Part shown: piece by piece, positions 34,989 to 46,755 of the stretch | How positions within the stretch are numbered: position 1 is the first letter of the stretch | Layout: each line of letters opens with the position of its first letter | NCBI RefSeq assembly: GCF_024521635.1 | Contig: NW_026250409.1 | Location: 1-64,000 of the forward strand | Source: Tricharina praecox | Lineage: Eukaryota | Direction of reading: 5' to 3' | DNA length: 64,000 nt | Notes under the pieces: generated by a model | The model's database searches: none | What the model was told of the DNA's origin: nothing | Seen by the model: the letters and a program-made list of their open reading frames with translations, nothing else | Program-made: the position numbers and the translations under genes

Positions 34989-37713
34989 CTAAACCTCTTC
35001 CAGTGAATCGTGAAATTCCTGTTCCTCGTCGGAATCTTCGTCATCCCAATAGTCGCCATCTGACTCCAAATCTTCCATCGAATCCAGCAGTATCGTGTAG
35101 TGCGGGCGTGCGTTCCATTTACTGCTCTCGGCTGTACATATCGCGCATACGGGTTCCGCACACTTCCGGACCCGACGGAGCACACCCCCCGACCTTTTCG
35201 GAAGCAGAAACCCGCCTGTCGACTCGGCCGCCGAGCGATATCGGTGGGACCTACAGACGGCGGTTGGGCAGCAAGGCGTGACGTCCAGCTCCGGGTCTCT
35301 TTTAGACCCGTCGTATTCAACCGCGGTGTTGCGTTCGTAATCGCACACGTATGCTTCTCGGTGGCACCACGGACACAGCAGGAAGTCGTACGCTGTGGAC
35401 CTCGCATCCAATAAGCAGAAGTAACATTTGGCGAGAACGACGTCGAAGCGAAAATCGTAGTCCTTGTCGAGGTCGGCGGGATCGAGATTGCACATCCGAA
35501 GAACACGGTACCATACCAGAACACCTGCTTGTTGGAGGGGCGAATCCCAGGCAGCTCGGGTCGGTGTACGGTCCTGTCGATCAACGGCACGAGGATCCGC
35601 TCCCTCGCCGATTAAGAATGCTAGATACTGACAAACATCGTCGTATCGATATCGGGTAGGCCATTCTGGATCGTTCTCTGCTAATGACGAAAAGAAGTCG
35701 TGGAGCACAGTGGAACCGGTCGTCGGCACCGAAACCTTCATGTCAGCACCTCTACTGCGCAGCTCGCGGAACGCTTCGCGGGCCTGTGGCCACTCGATAA
35801 GCCCCTTGTAGAGACTGTTCGCAACCACCATGATTGGAGTCACCGTGGTTCCGCCCTCGACCACGAGTGGGGCGTTGGCATCATGTCCCATCTGCAATAA
35901 TGCGCGGATAGCCCCTGGATTTGCCCATTTCAAGGCCGCTATGAAGTGGCTATCTTCCACACGAGGCACGAACTCGGCCATCGCCTTTATCGTGCCCGTG
36001 CCTTGGTAGAATGCCAAAGTATCCATGAAAAGACCGCCAGGATTATCCCACAGGAACGGGTCCACACCGCGCTCCAGGAGGAGCAGTGGAAAGTCTCCCC
36101 ATTCGGGCTTGTCCACTAGTATCGCCTCAACCAATAACATCATGCCATCATCATCCGCTACGTTTGCTCTTTCCTCAAGCAAGTCGAGAGCGGTGGAGAG
36201 ATGTCCGTTGCGGACCGCAAATTGATGGAACCGTCAGCGGGGGTGGTTTCGGCAACAGCAATCTCGGGCTCTCGAGTGACTCACCAAGAGCGGCGTCTGC
36301 CCGTCGACAGTTCTATCGTTGGGCGAAGCCGATCCCATCCGAAAGAGATCGATGATGCCAGCAAAATCCCTTCCTAGAAAGCTCGAAGATTGGGGCGTCG
36401 ACCGGCAGTATATTCTGCTTCGAGAGGGTGATGGACGGGAACGAAAGCGACCAGGCCTGCTGTTATGACTGCAGTGAAAGTAGAAACCGAAACTGTCCGA
36501 AAGTTGTCACCCACGAAACGAAATCGATGGACAGAAGAAGTTGCGTGTCCACGGTCTGGCCGGAGTGAGGTGTCACGGTGGCCGTCTTTAGGTACTGTGA
36601 TTGTCCGATCCCTCAGCAACGAGCGCAATCCTTGGAACATGCTATCGCTTTCGTGCTCTGGTGGCCGCCGATACGCTTGCCACCCTGCAAGACCAAAGGC
36701 CCCGCCGTGGATTGTGGTCGTGAATCCGAGATACGTGACTGCTGCGAATGCGCAATAAATGATCTTTCAGGCGTCCCCATCCTTGTATAAATTTTCTGAG
36801 TAATATCCAGCTGAGCCTCAAGCTTGGGAGTGTGGACGGTCGATTGGGTGTTGGCGATATTCTGGAGCTTCACGACGTGCTGCTGTATATCTGACACTGT
36901 TTTCCTGTAAATACGTTTAGCAACGTTTCAAAAGTTTGACGGTAGCGAGTGAGCAGCGATGCACACGAGACGAGATTGAACTGGCATCACGCTCGAGAGC
37001 TTGGTCTTCGTAACCATGGGACCAGAACAGCGAAGGCGCACAGTGATCAGTAACTCGAACACCAGTACGGCTACTATTGATGAAAATTATTCTCAACCCT
37101 GAGCCCGTTGACCCACTCAGAGTCAGCCATCTCCGGAAACATAGGTGTGCTGCAAACAGGAGTACACCTTTGTCGAGAATAATCGGCCTCCACCCTTATC
37201 CGTGGAAAGACTTCGGCCTCACCGGAGACCGCCTCCGGTGAGACGCCACTCCAGTCCGGGGCTCAATGCTCGAGACGTCTCGTCTCGTGTGCAACACTTG
37301 GAATGAGGTACTAACTGAACCGCAAGCAACAGGACCAAGCTAAAGACTCCGATATCCGAATCCAAGCTGCGGCCCAGCTCCCTGGCCTTTTCATTCTTCC
37401 CGAACGTCCACTTCGTCCTGGCCCAGAGTTTCACGTCGCTTGGAGTTTTCAACAGGTCATCCGCCAGATCTTCCAGGGACTTCATGGTCCGCTTGAAAGC
37501 CGCGATTTTGAGACCATTGCGGACCAGCTGGTTAGAGGACAGCGCCTTCAGCTCTTCCAGACACACCACGATCGGCTTGAGGGTGCGGAGGTAATCGCGG
37601 ATTGAAACTATGGCGCTGGGAGCATCCTTCCAGGCGTCGACGATCTTCGAGTACTTTGTGACGAGGAGGTCGGCGAGCGCGATGAATCGGGCGATACTGG
37701 CGGCGACTTCCAT
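34989..37713 (-). pseudogene. HeLo-like N + ankyrin + Cys/His-rich C-terminus, copy 2 (disrupted)
   Basis: MEVAASIARFIALADLLV..WKDAPSAI; long first intron; TGA at 36613-36615 (W in copy 1), TAA at 36463-36465 and a 2-nt deletion near 36368. The last exon is open for 397 aa. Confidence 0.8.
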
Positions 37714-39779
37714 CGCTGCGTGTGCTGAGCGTGCGAACGGACGTCCGGAACTGTTTCCTCCAGCTACATGCTATCTTACTGCGGAGCTGGCGTTTATATG
37801 GACGTCTTTCATGGCACTGCCCCATGCCACAACATCTTTTGATTGGGTGGATGAGGATGCAGGTTCGGCGCTTATTCGATTTCTGATATATCTGAGACAC
37901 ACTGCAGCCTGCCGGTCATTCTTGTTGCGGCCCGTAAGGCCTTTGTTGTCGGAGCGGCGTGTTTGATCGAGTGAGGTTTGTGCACGGCTCACGAGGAAGG
38001 TCCTAGTTCGTCTGGAACGACTATAAGTACAACTAGAAGTTCAGCTAGAATAATAAGAACTACATCTTCTTCTTCTTCCGACTGCCTTCGGATCGGATCC
38101 CCTCTCGTGCGCCCCAAACCTCCAGATCGTGCATCAACAATTCTGTGGCTTCCGCCGGCCAAGGAGATTTGCGAACAACTCGGGGAGCTTCCCGCCGTAC
38201 GTCCCGACGATCCCGCGCGGTGCAGGCGGTCGATGATATCGTCATCTCTGCTGACCCGCCGAACGGAGTGTTACGTAGGTACGGTTCGTCTCGAATTCAT
38301 CCTCAGCGGCGCGCTGTCACGGCCACTTTTATCTCCTTCACTCTCCCGGCACAGTCGGCGTGGGCCAGCTTGGGTAAATCACCCAGTCACCCAGTCACCC
38401 GCGGAGAGAATCTAGCACTATAGCAGGTGGATGAAACCCCCTTCTTGTGGAGAACGGACTCTGCAGCCCCTGTCGTTCCCCATGTCCCTCTGATCCAGGT
38501 CCGCACCGGGAGTGCCCGTAACTGGTCCCGGTCGCCAATCTGCGGCAACTGTCCCACAATATCGTTGCTTATAAAATCCTCTGCAATCTGGTTTGTTGCC
38601 GCCGCGCGGAACGTGTAGCCTTCCCGCACACTACTTGTATGGTAGCGAGACGAGTTGGCAACGAGACGGTACTCCGTCAGATTCGCCTCGCCGTGCAGTC
38701 CCATGGCGAACTCGAATGGTGATCATCCGACACGGCGAGAGTCGAGAGTCGAGCAATCCTAATTGAGTGCCGGTATGGCACAGCATAGCAGACTCCCACG
38801 GTCCCCCTCCCGCGTTCGGGCGACCGAAGACCTTGCAACTCCCTACCGCCAGCAACTTCCTGCAGTCAGCGCCAACTGCGGCGCCTATGCCCGCTGCAAA
38901 GCTGAGCCTAGCCCCCGCGTTGACTAGAGTAGCGACAGCACCGCCACCAATAAGCAAATCTGAATTCCGACCCAGCTCTAAGCCCCCTCTAACGATGCGG
39001 ACTGTTGTCCTCCCGCAAATCGAGGTCGTGGGCCTCGTCGATCCAAAGCTTGAGGAAAATTCCTCGAGAGTCACACCAGATTTCGCAAAATCAGCCGCTG
39101 CCGTCGTCGTTGTCAGTACATCGCGAGGAACGGAGACCAGGCGGTAGTCCGGCTGCTCATTGACGGGGTGAGCCGACGGCCAGGCTGTGGGAGGTAAATC
39201 GTTTGTTTTTTGTTCAATCATCATTGCGCCCGACCTTAATAGATCATGGCAGATACATATCCGTTTCCACCCAGCTGTCACTGGGAGGTAACTAATTCGT
39301 TGAAGATTCACGCCAGAAAAAAACTACAAACAGAGCACATTTCGAGTGATTATCTGTGCGCGCCCGCTGCCACACTTGAACCATCCCTTCGGCCCGAGCC
39401 CAGACCAGTTCATCATGCAGTCCCGCAATTCCTCCCCAGCTTCCAAGTCTAATCACAACTGAGGCACCATAGGGAATCGAGCAGTGCTCGCGAGGTCTCC
39501 GATGTTGCCGTTGTCGTCGTGGCTGAAGTTGTGCTCTCTTCCACCAATACTCTCAGCTCCGCCAGGGCGTCTGAGATGTATTAAACGAGGATATCTGTTT
39601 CGATCCGTTGTATGTATAGACCTTAACTTGGCCAATAACTAATGCTTAGGTATAGATGAGAGTGAGCGGGCCAAATACAGAGATTATAAGGAGATACAAC
39701 GACAAATTCCGTCATATACGTCTTCCAAGGTTATCTCAGAGTACAACTATTCGAGCTGCTAGGGGGGGTTCGACAATTC

Positions 39780-40200
39780 CGCTACGTCAAGACTTGAAGA
39801 CGACAACTCTGACGCCTCATTCCGGCCGGATCCTGGACACGCAGTACATTGGTATTTTTTCGGGGTCGATTTCATGACGTGGAAGACGATTTTTGGACGG
39901 TTTCGGTTACGGGTTGCGATTGCAGTTTTGCCAGCAAGCTTTGTCTCAGTTTTTCCTATCAATTGCTCTTCCAAAGCAGAACAGACTGCCGGACGATGCT
40001 CCAATATCCGAACTTCCCCGCAATGTGGAGGCTCTCAAAGCTGGAGCCTGGAACCCTTGAGGTCATTCGGGCATTTTTTTAGACCGTGGATGTGATGTTA
40101 ATGCACCGCTTTTATTTTTTGGCGAGGCGAAACCAGTGTCAGTGAAGGAATCCTGTCGAATGTCCTCGAGGTACCAAGTAGGGCGGGCGAGTGACCGATG
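39780..40200 (+). pseudogene. Third, inverted and heavily eroded fragment of the HeLo-like/ankyrin gene
   Basis: LKTTTLTPHSGRILDTQY and MTWKTIFGRFRLR match copy 2 LKTATVTPHSGQTVDTQ and copy 1 VTWKTIFEQFQLR. Confidence 0.7.
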
Positions 40201-40656
40201 ATCGACTCAATGGTATCAGTTTGTGAGATATCATAGGAAACCGGCTTAACCTACTGGTCCCCGACCCCGAGCGACTCGGCTCAGGAGGTGGTATGTCTTA
40301 TGGTAGGATGAATTCTCGTGCCGAGATGGCGTTTGGAACGACCTCATTCCTTTGACGTGCGTATGGACACTGAACAAGGGACCAAGCGCTTTTGGTCGTT
40401 GCCCGACCGCTCGAGAAAAGCTTAGCCAGCCTCAATACTTGGAATGAAGGGATACCGGTAGAAGATAGACAACGAGTGATATATCTAGCATCTACTCTTC
40501 CAATTGAAGAGAGCAACGCCCCGTGAACAAGGCGAACAGGACGGGAGTTTGATTAACAACTGATAAGCCAAATATTAACTATTGCCCAAGGGCATTCACT
40601 GTATGCATACTCATCGCAAAATTTCCGTGCCAACACCCCTCTAGGCTCTCGTCCCC

Positions 40657-42616
40657 CTAAATCCCCGCCAGCCCCTCCGCTAATACCGCAATCCCCACCG
40701 CCCCGGGATCCGGAATATCACCGATGTGGTCTATATAAACGGTTCTCCCGAGCCTGGGCATCATCCCCTTCGTATTCTCCGCACCCCTTCTCGCACTCCT
40801 TGCCGCCGCCGTCAGATCCTTTTTCTCGTGCAGAGTCTGTAGGAACGGATGGAGGGCATCCATGAGTGTGCGATCACCCGGCTGCGCCGGCGTATACCTT
40901 CCCATTTCGTGCATAGCTGTGAGGGCCGCCTTGCTCCACGTGCCGATGTCGGCATGCGTCTTGCCCGGACTGTCGTCGCGGAGCGCTTTGACAAGCGCGT
41001 TGAGGTATATGCTGAAGAGCGCCCCCGAGGTGCCGTCCATGTTCTCTTCCACCACGTTGGCTAGTTGCGAGATCGTGCTTACCGGGTCGCTGCTCACCCG
41101 TCCGGTTGAGATAAACGCTTGCACGGCTTGCGCTCCGCGTTTTAGACCTATGCCGCAGTCGCCGTCCCCGACGAGCGTGTCGAAGCGTGTTAGGAGGGGC
41201 TCGGCCGCAATGAGCTTTTGGAGACCCGGGGAGACTATCTGCGAGAAGTGGGCAGTGTCCACTGATTTCTCGTTAGCTGGCGGGATTTTTTGTTTGAGCG
41301 GATGGTGACTAACTCTTAAGGCAAGATGTGGGGATTTGCTCGAATTCTTCCAGAGGGCAAGGGGGGGAGGTCTTGACGGAGGCCCAGGTGGAAGGTTTGA
41401 CGGAGGCAGTCCAGCCGAGGGTTTCGTGGGCCGCATCCAGGAGTGAGATCATGTCCTTGCCTGGGCCCAGCCCGGTATCGACGACACGGAGGAGAGTGAT
41501 GGAGAAGCCGCTACCGTTGAGAGAAGTCATGAACGTGCCGGTGTATATACGCAGAGGCTTGACTTTGTATTGCGCGGCTACAAACAATCAGTCTCCGAAC
41601 AGCGGCCAATCATATAAAGGACGACATACCGAGTCTATCCACGACCTTGGCCGTGATACCGCCTAGTTCCAGTGGGGAAACGCCTCCAAGGTTGTTGATC
41701 ATAAGCACCCATTCCTTGTGGTCTTTAACGTCGAGATAATTCCTGTCCTTATCACTCTTGTCGAGCAATTGCATCAGCATAGCATTGATCAACCTGGAAA
41801 CCTGCGAGATCTTCATCCTCCTGCACCCGCGTTCATTATGAATCCCCATGCCGAGCTCAATCTCATTCTCCTCCAACACACACTCCTGCATTCCCGTTGT
41901 TCCGGGGATATGCACATGGTCGAGCGCACTGCCGAGGGTGACGAGGTTCCTAGTAATGAGTCTCGCGAGCTCCGCCGTCTGCGACAATCCCGCGCCGGTG
42001 GCCGCAAGCGCACCAACAATCTTCTGAACGAGCACGGTGCCGGCCATTCCGCGCCGCCCGACCTTCCCGCTCTTCTCGCGGCCGACGCCAACGTCCTCGC
42101 CCACAACCACCATCTCCACGTTGAGCCCGAGCGCCCGCGCTTTCTCCGTTGCGAGGCCGAAGTGCAGGACGTCGCCCGTGTAGTTCATTACGATCAATAA
42201 CACGCCGGTGTTCGCCCCGGCCCGCTGCGATATGCAGTTGTAGATTTGCTTTACCGACGGAGAGGCAAAGATGGTGCCTGAGACCGCGGCACGCAGGATC
42301 CCCTCGCCGACAAAGCTGCCTTCTATCAGTCACCTGGATGGAGTGCATGGGACGTGAGGAAGTACCCTGTGAACGATGGCTCGTGTCCCGCACCGCCGCC
42401 GGAGACGAGAGCGACGGTGTCCGGCGAGGACGACTTGCGGTAGATAATCTTGTTGACTTCGTCGAGGGCCACAGAGGGGTTCGCATATTTTGCGGCCTTG
42501 AGGGCAGCCATTACAAGGTCCGTTGGATCATTGATGAAGTGTTTGTCTGTTTGTTCATACCCGATCAGTTTACACCCCAGTGTCCATCCATGGAAGAAAA
42601 GAGACTCACTCATCAT
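40657..42616 (-). CDS. DAK1: Dihydroxyacetone kinase (DhaK-DhaL fusion), multiple introns
   Basis: KHFINDP, ALVSGGGAGHEPSF, IVMNYTGDVLHFGLA, GRRGMAGTVLVQK, ELGMGIHNE, GDGDCG, MDGTSGALF, GDRTLMDAL, PDPGA. Confidence 0.95.
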
Positions 42617-43100
42617 GGTCCGTGCTTTCGAGGTGATTAAGATTCTCGGTATTGGTATCGCTATTAGGCCCGCTAAACTGAGGCGGGATAGGTTATTATT
42701 ATTGAGGTATCGTATGCTCATTCAATATCACAACATACAGCGAAGAAACCGCAGCCTTTAAGTGGGCTCGGCCACGCAGAAATGAGCCCTTCGCCCCCCC
42801 GTACAATCATCATTCCGCCGCCACCGCTCCGTAATGTCCTGGCCACGGGGGTACGGCGAGGGAGATACTTATCAATCTCCTCCGTGGGTTGGACGGCAAG
42901 GACCCTAATTAAGGACCGATCCGATCCGCACAATTGTGTAACCATGTCGTTGTGACGTTCCAGCGGGACTCACGTACTAGTACTGTAGCATTTCCGGGGT
43001 TTCCTAGGTGCTGATAGACTCTAGAGCAGCGTACTCGTACATCCGGTCCGAGCGACCCAATCACCCTTTCGTCACCTCCCCTCACCTCCAACGACATGCA

Positions 43101-43668
43101 ATGACCATCCCGACCAACATCCTGCTGCAACGCCAACTCCGGCTTCTCCGCTCCTCGGTGCTCGTGGTGCTCTGGACCCACCTGGTCTGGTCGAAATGCT
43201 TCTCGATCGGCGCAACCATAGGCCCGTCCATGCTGCCCACCATCAATGTCTCCGGCGACTGGGTGCTCATCTCGAAGTTCCACACGCGTGGCCGCGAGGT
43301 GCGCGTCGGTGACGTCGTCTCGTTTAAGCACCCGCACGATGGTGGCGATGTCAGGGTCGTCAAACGCGTGATCGGGCTGCCGGGGGATTTCGTGGTGAAG
43401 GATCCGAGCGATGGCTCAGGGGACATGTTGCAGGTGAGAGATAAATAATTCACTTGTTCACTCAGGGCAGTGCTGAGGAGAGGAGTAGGTGCCGAAGGGT
43501 CACATGTGGGTTACTGGCGATAATATGCCGCATTCGGTGGACTCGAGGTTTTACGGACCAATTCCATTGGCGATGGTGAGTGGCAAGATCATTGCCCGCG
43601 CAAGGCATCTATGGAAATGGTCGTGGATGAGGAATCCTCTGGATGAGGAGATGATGCAGGTCGATTGA
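43101..43668 (+). CDS. IMP1: Mitochondrial inner membrane peptidase subunit (S26); intron 43434-43488
   Basis: GPSMLPT catalytic Ser, [28 protein letters not shown]...[11 protein letters not shown]. Confidence 0.88.
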
Positions 43669-43825
43669 GCGATCGAACTACATGGACTGAATCCTATCTA
43701 CATACAACCATGTCTCTACACTATTCCTTCTCTGTAGATTCTAAAATACATGGGACGCCTTCCAACCTTGCATCCCCGTTTCGTTTGATATTTTACAGAC
43801 AAGCGCTTCGTCGTCACCGGAACAA

Positions 43826-45036
43826 TCACTCGTCCTTTACGCGCACCAGCATCCTATCCCAGCCCTCCAATCCGTGCTTCTGCATGATCTGCGCCGTGTT
43901 CTCGTCCCACTCCGATCTGAACAGGAAGGCACCGATGGCCTTGAGTTTCTGCTTGGCCTGGAAATTCCGTGTGTTGAATCCATCGCGGATGATCTTTCCC
44001 TTCAGGGCCTCGGCATCAATCTTTCCCTCCTGCTCGAAGACGATCACGGAGTAACGGTGGTAGGGAGATCCCTTCTGTACGTGCGGAGGAAGCCAGTCCA
44101 CGATGGTATCTGAGGGTTGGGCTCCAGTGCCAACGGCTTGTGTTTGCGTTGGTGAGATTACGATGTTCGAGACCAGCCAGTGTAGTCGGTAATCGAAGGA
44201 GTCTTTGGCAACGTTGGGGACGTCTTCAGGTGGGGGTTTTGTGAGTAAATTGCAAATAGCTTATTTCCCTGTACACGCAGGAGTGGGGGGACAATTCGAC
44301 ATACCCGAGTCCACAACCACCACAGTGCAAAGCTTCTTCCCCGTAGTGAAAGGAATGACCTTGAATGTCGGCGGGGCCTCCGTCTTTGAAGAGTCCAAGA
44401 TCGTGCCGGGCGGTACATCGTATCCCCAGAACCGCAGCTGCACATCGACCACGGGATCAAGCACGGGCAGCACGTCGGGGATCACGCTCAGCTGCGTCAA
44501 ACGCTGCATCAGAATCGGCCGTCGGTATTCCCTCCATTTCCGGTTTGCAAGGAACCTGTAGACCGGCTTGTTCAAATTGACTGTGTAGAACGCAATAAAC
44601 ATCAGCGACGGCCCTTCCTCCTTCTACCATCACAACCGCCGCCGATGCCGGGGGGGGGGGGGGTCATCGTACTTGTTCCCCGGTCAAAGTTGTACTTGAC
44701 TCTGGGGTTGTTGATATCAGCCTGGATCTGCAGATATTCCAGGTGCTTAGTCAATTCCTTGATTCGATGATGGTTGACCTTGTCGCCCTCCCGCTCAACG
44801 ATGTCGGCGATCTTCTTTCGTTGGTAGGCAACAGCCTCCATCTTCTCCAAGCGGTCGGCGCGAATCACTTTGAGCGCGAGTTGGTACGTTTGGAACGGCA
44901 TGCTCTCTATCGTACGCACTCTTGCGGCTCCATCGTCGCCGGCTTTTAATCTCAAGCCGCGGGAGAGCACGGTAGGACCGCTGCAGGAGATCGTGGGGCG
45001 CAGTCCGTGCGCCGTGAGCGACCGCACGCAGTTCAT
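43826..45036 (-). CDS. MRPL35: Mitochondrial ribosomal protein mL38 (YmL35, PEBP family), two introns
   Basis: MPFQTYQLALKVIRADR, ADINNPRVKYNF, LNKPVYRFLANRKW..ILMQRLTQL.VIPDVL, WLPPHVQKGSPYHRY, LFRSEWDE. Confidence 0.93.
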
Positions 45037-45272
45037 GGTGGGTGAAGAAGGTGTCGGTGGTTGGTGGGGCGGGGGTTGGCGGGTGGGTTGCAGTTGAGGC
45101 TGTTAATGAAAGTTGAGCTCAATCAGCAGAAAAAAAGTAGCCTCTTCCGGAGAAACCCTGCAACCCTTCCTTCACCATCGAGACTCAAGAGCCTCCTCCA
45201 TCTCTACGCTCAACTCACCAACTCACCTCCGCCGCCCCACCCCGCCGACCGCGAGCGTTCGAATCAGCAATC

Positions 45273-46338
45273 ATGGCTGCCGTGCGATCGATATACTCCA
45301 AAGCTGGGCTTTTCTCCGGCAAAGGCAGAGTCGGCGTCGTACAGGATGTGCTGAAGGTGCGACCGACGCCCATCGATATTGACTCCCCCGATCTGGAGAG
45401 CAGCATGCTGACTGATTGTCGGATCAACAGCCGTTGTTCGGATCCTCACGGCCAATGGCCACGGAGGCCGCCTTCAACCACGTCCGAATCATCCCCGCCG
45501 AGCCTCCGGCGCCTGTTCCCTTCGCGATCCGAAAAGGTGACACACCCGTCATCCTCCGACGCACGGCAAAAAACCACAACTGACACGCCTCTCATGTAGC
45601 ACCCACGGTCCTCGCGACACTACACGAGTTCCCGTCGATGGAGCCCGCGCGCTTCGAGCAATTCCCGAGCACCTTCCTCCACGCCCCGTTGCGCCGCGAC
45701 ATCCTTCACAAAGCGATCGTCTACGAGGGAGACGCCCACCGTTGGGGCCGCGCAAAGGTCAAGACCCGTGGCGATGTCCACGGTAGTAGCCGCAAGATCC
45801 GGCCGCAGAAGGGAACAGGTAAGGCGCGTCTCGGTGATAAGAAGTCGCCCATGCTGCGTGGTGGAGGTGTGGCCCACGGCCCGCATCCTAGGGACTTTTC
45901 CAGTGACCTGCCGAGGAAGATTTACGATCTGGCTTGGAGGACGGCGTTGAGCTACCGGTATCGCCGTGGAGAGTTGTTTGTGGTCGGCAATGAGTTGGAG
46001 ATAGGACTGCCGGATGCGGGGCTTGCTGCGGCCATCTTCAAAGTCCATGACTGGGGACATGATGCTTCGCGCTCGCTCTTGATTACTGCTGAGCTTAGGC
46101 CGAATATGGAGGATGCTATGAAGGTTTTGGGTGCGGAGGGGAGGGTTCTGACGGCGGATCAGGTCGATGTGAAGGATCTCGTGAGTTTCCCTGACTGGGC
46201 GCCGCCCTGACCTATCTACATATTTGCAAGAAGACAACTGACGTCTTCTCCGTATCGCAGCTGGAGACTGGAAGGGTCATCATCGAACGGGAGGCATTGG
46301 CATGGTTTGAGCAAGAGCACGGCATCGATGCTGCATAA
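45273..46338 (+). CDS. YML6: Mitochondrial ribosomal protein uL4m, three introns
   Basis: PLRRDILHKAIVYEGD, KIRPQKGTGKARLGDKKSPMLRGGGVAHGPHPRDFS.LPRKIYDLAWRTALS. Confidence 0.93.
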
Positions 46339-46755
46339 GATGGATAACCAAACAGGAGAATAGACCAAAATGTATATTTATGTACGATATAGAAATAGCA
46401 TGAATATCGGCCGTGACAGCAAAAATTCCGCAAGTCAATGGCCGCATAACGGGCCTCCAATCGCATGAATCTCCATGTCTGTCTGTCGTCTGCCTCTCGT
46501 GGCCACCCCTCCCCCACCCCCGGTTTAGCGCATGGTGGGGCAATTAACGTCGCTTGCAAAATTCTGGTTACACACACACGTCCGGTCAGACCCACGCAGC
46601 GCCGACGATCAGACAGCCAGACAGCGACATCTTCTCCCTCGGCCCATCCAACGCACGCCGCATTGCGCCGAACCGTCCAACCGCCCAACCTCCCCCCCCC
46701 CACCCACCCCTCTCCCCTCCATTCCTTTATACCCGTACGACAACCGACAAAAAGG

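Noticed and set aside
38060..39311. Helicase remnant suggested by a minus-frame LWIDEAH peptide
   Set aside because: No other helicase motifs and the frames are full of stops. It may be an eroded pseudogene, but no identity is supportable.
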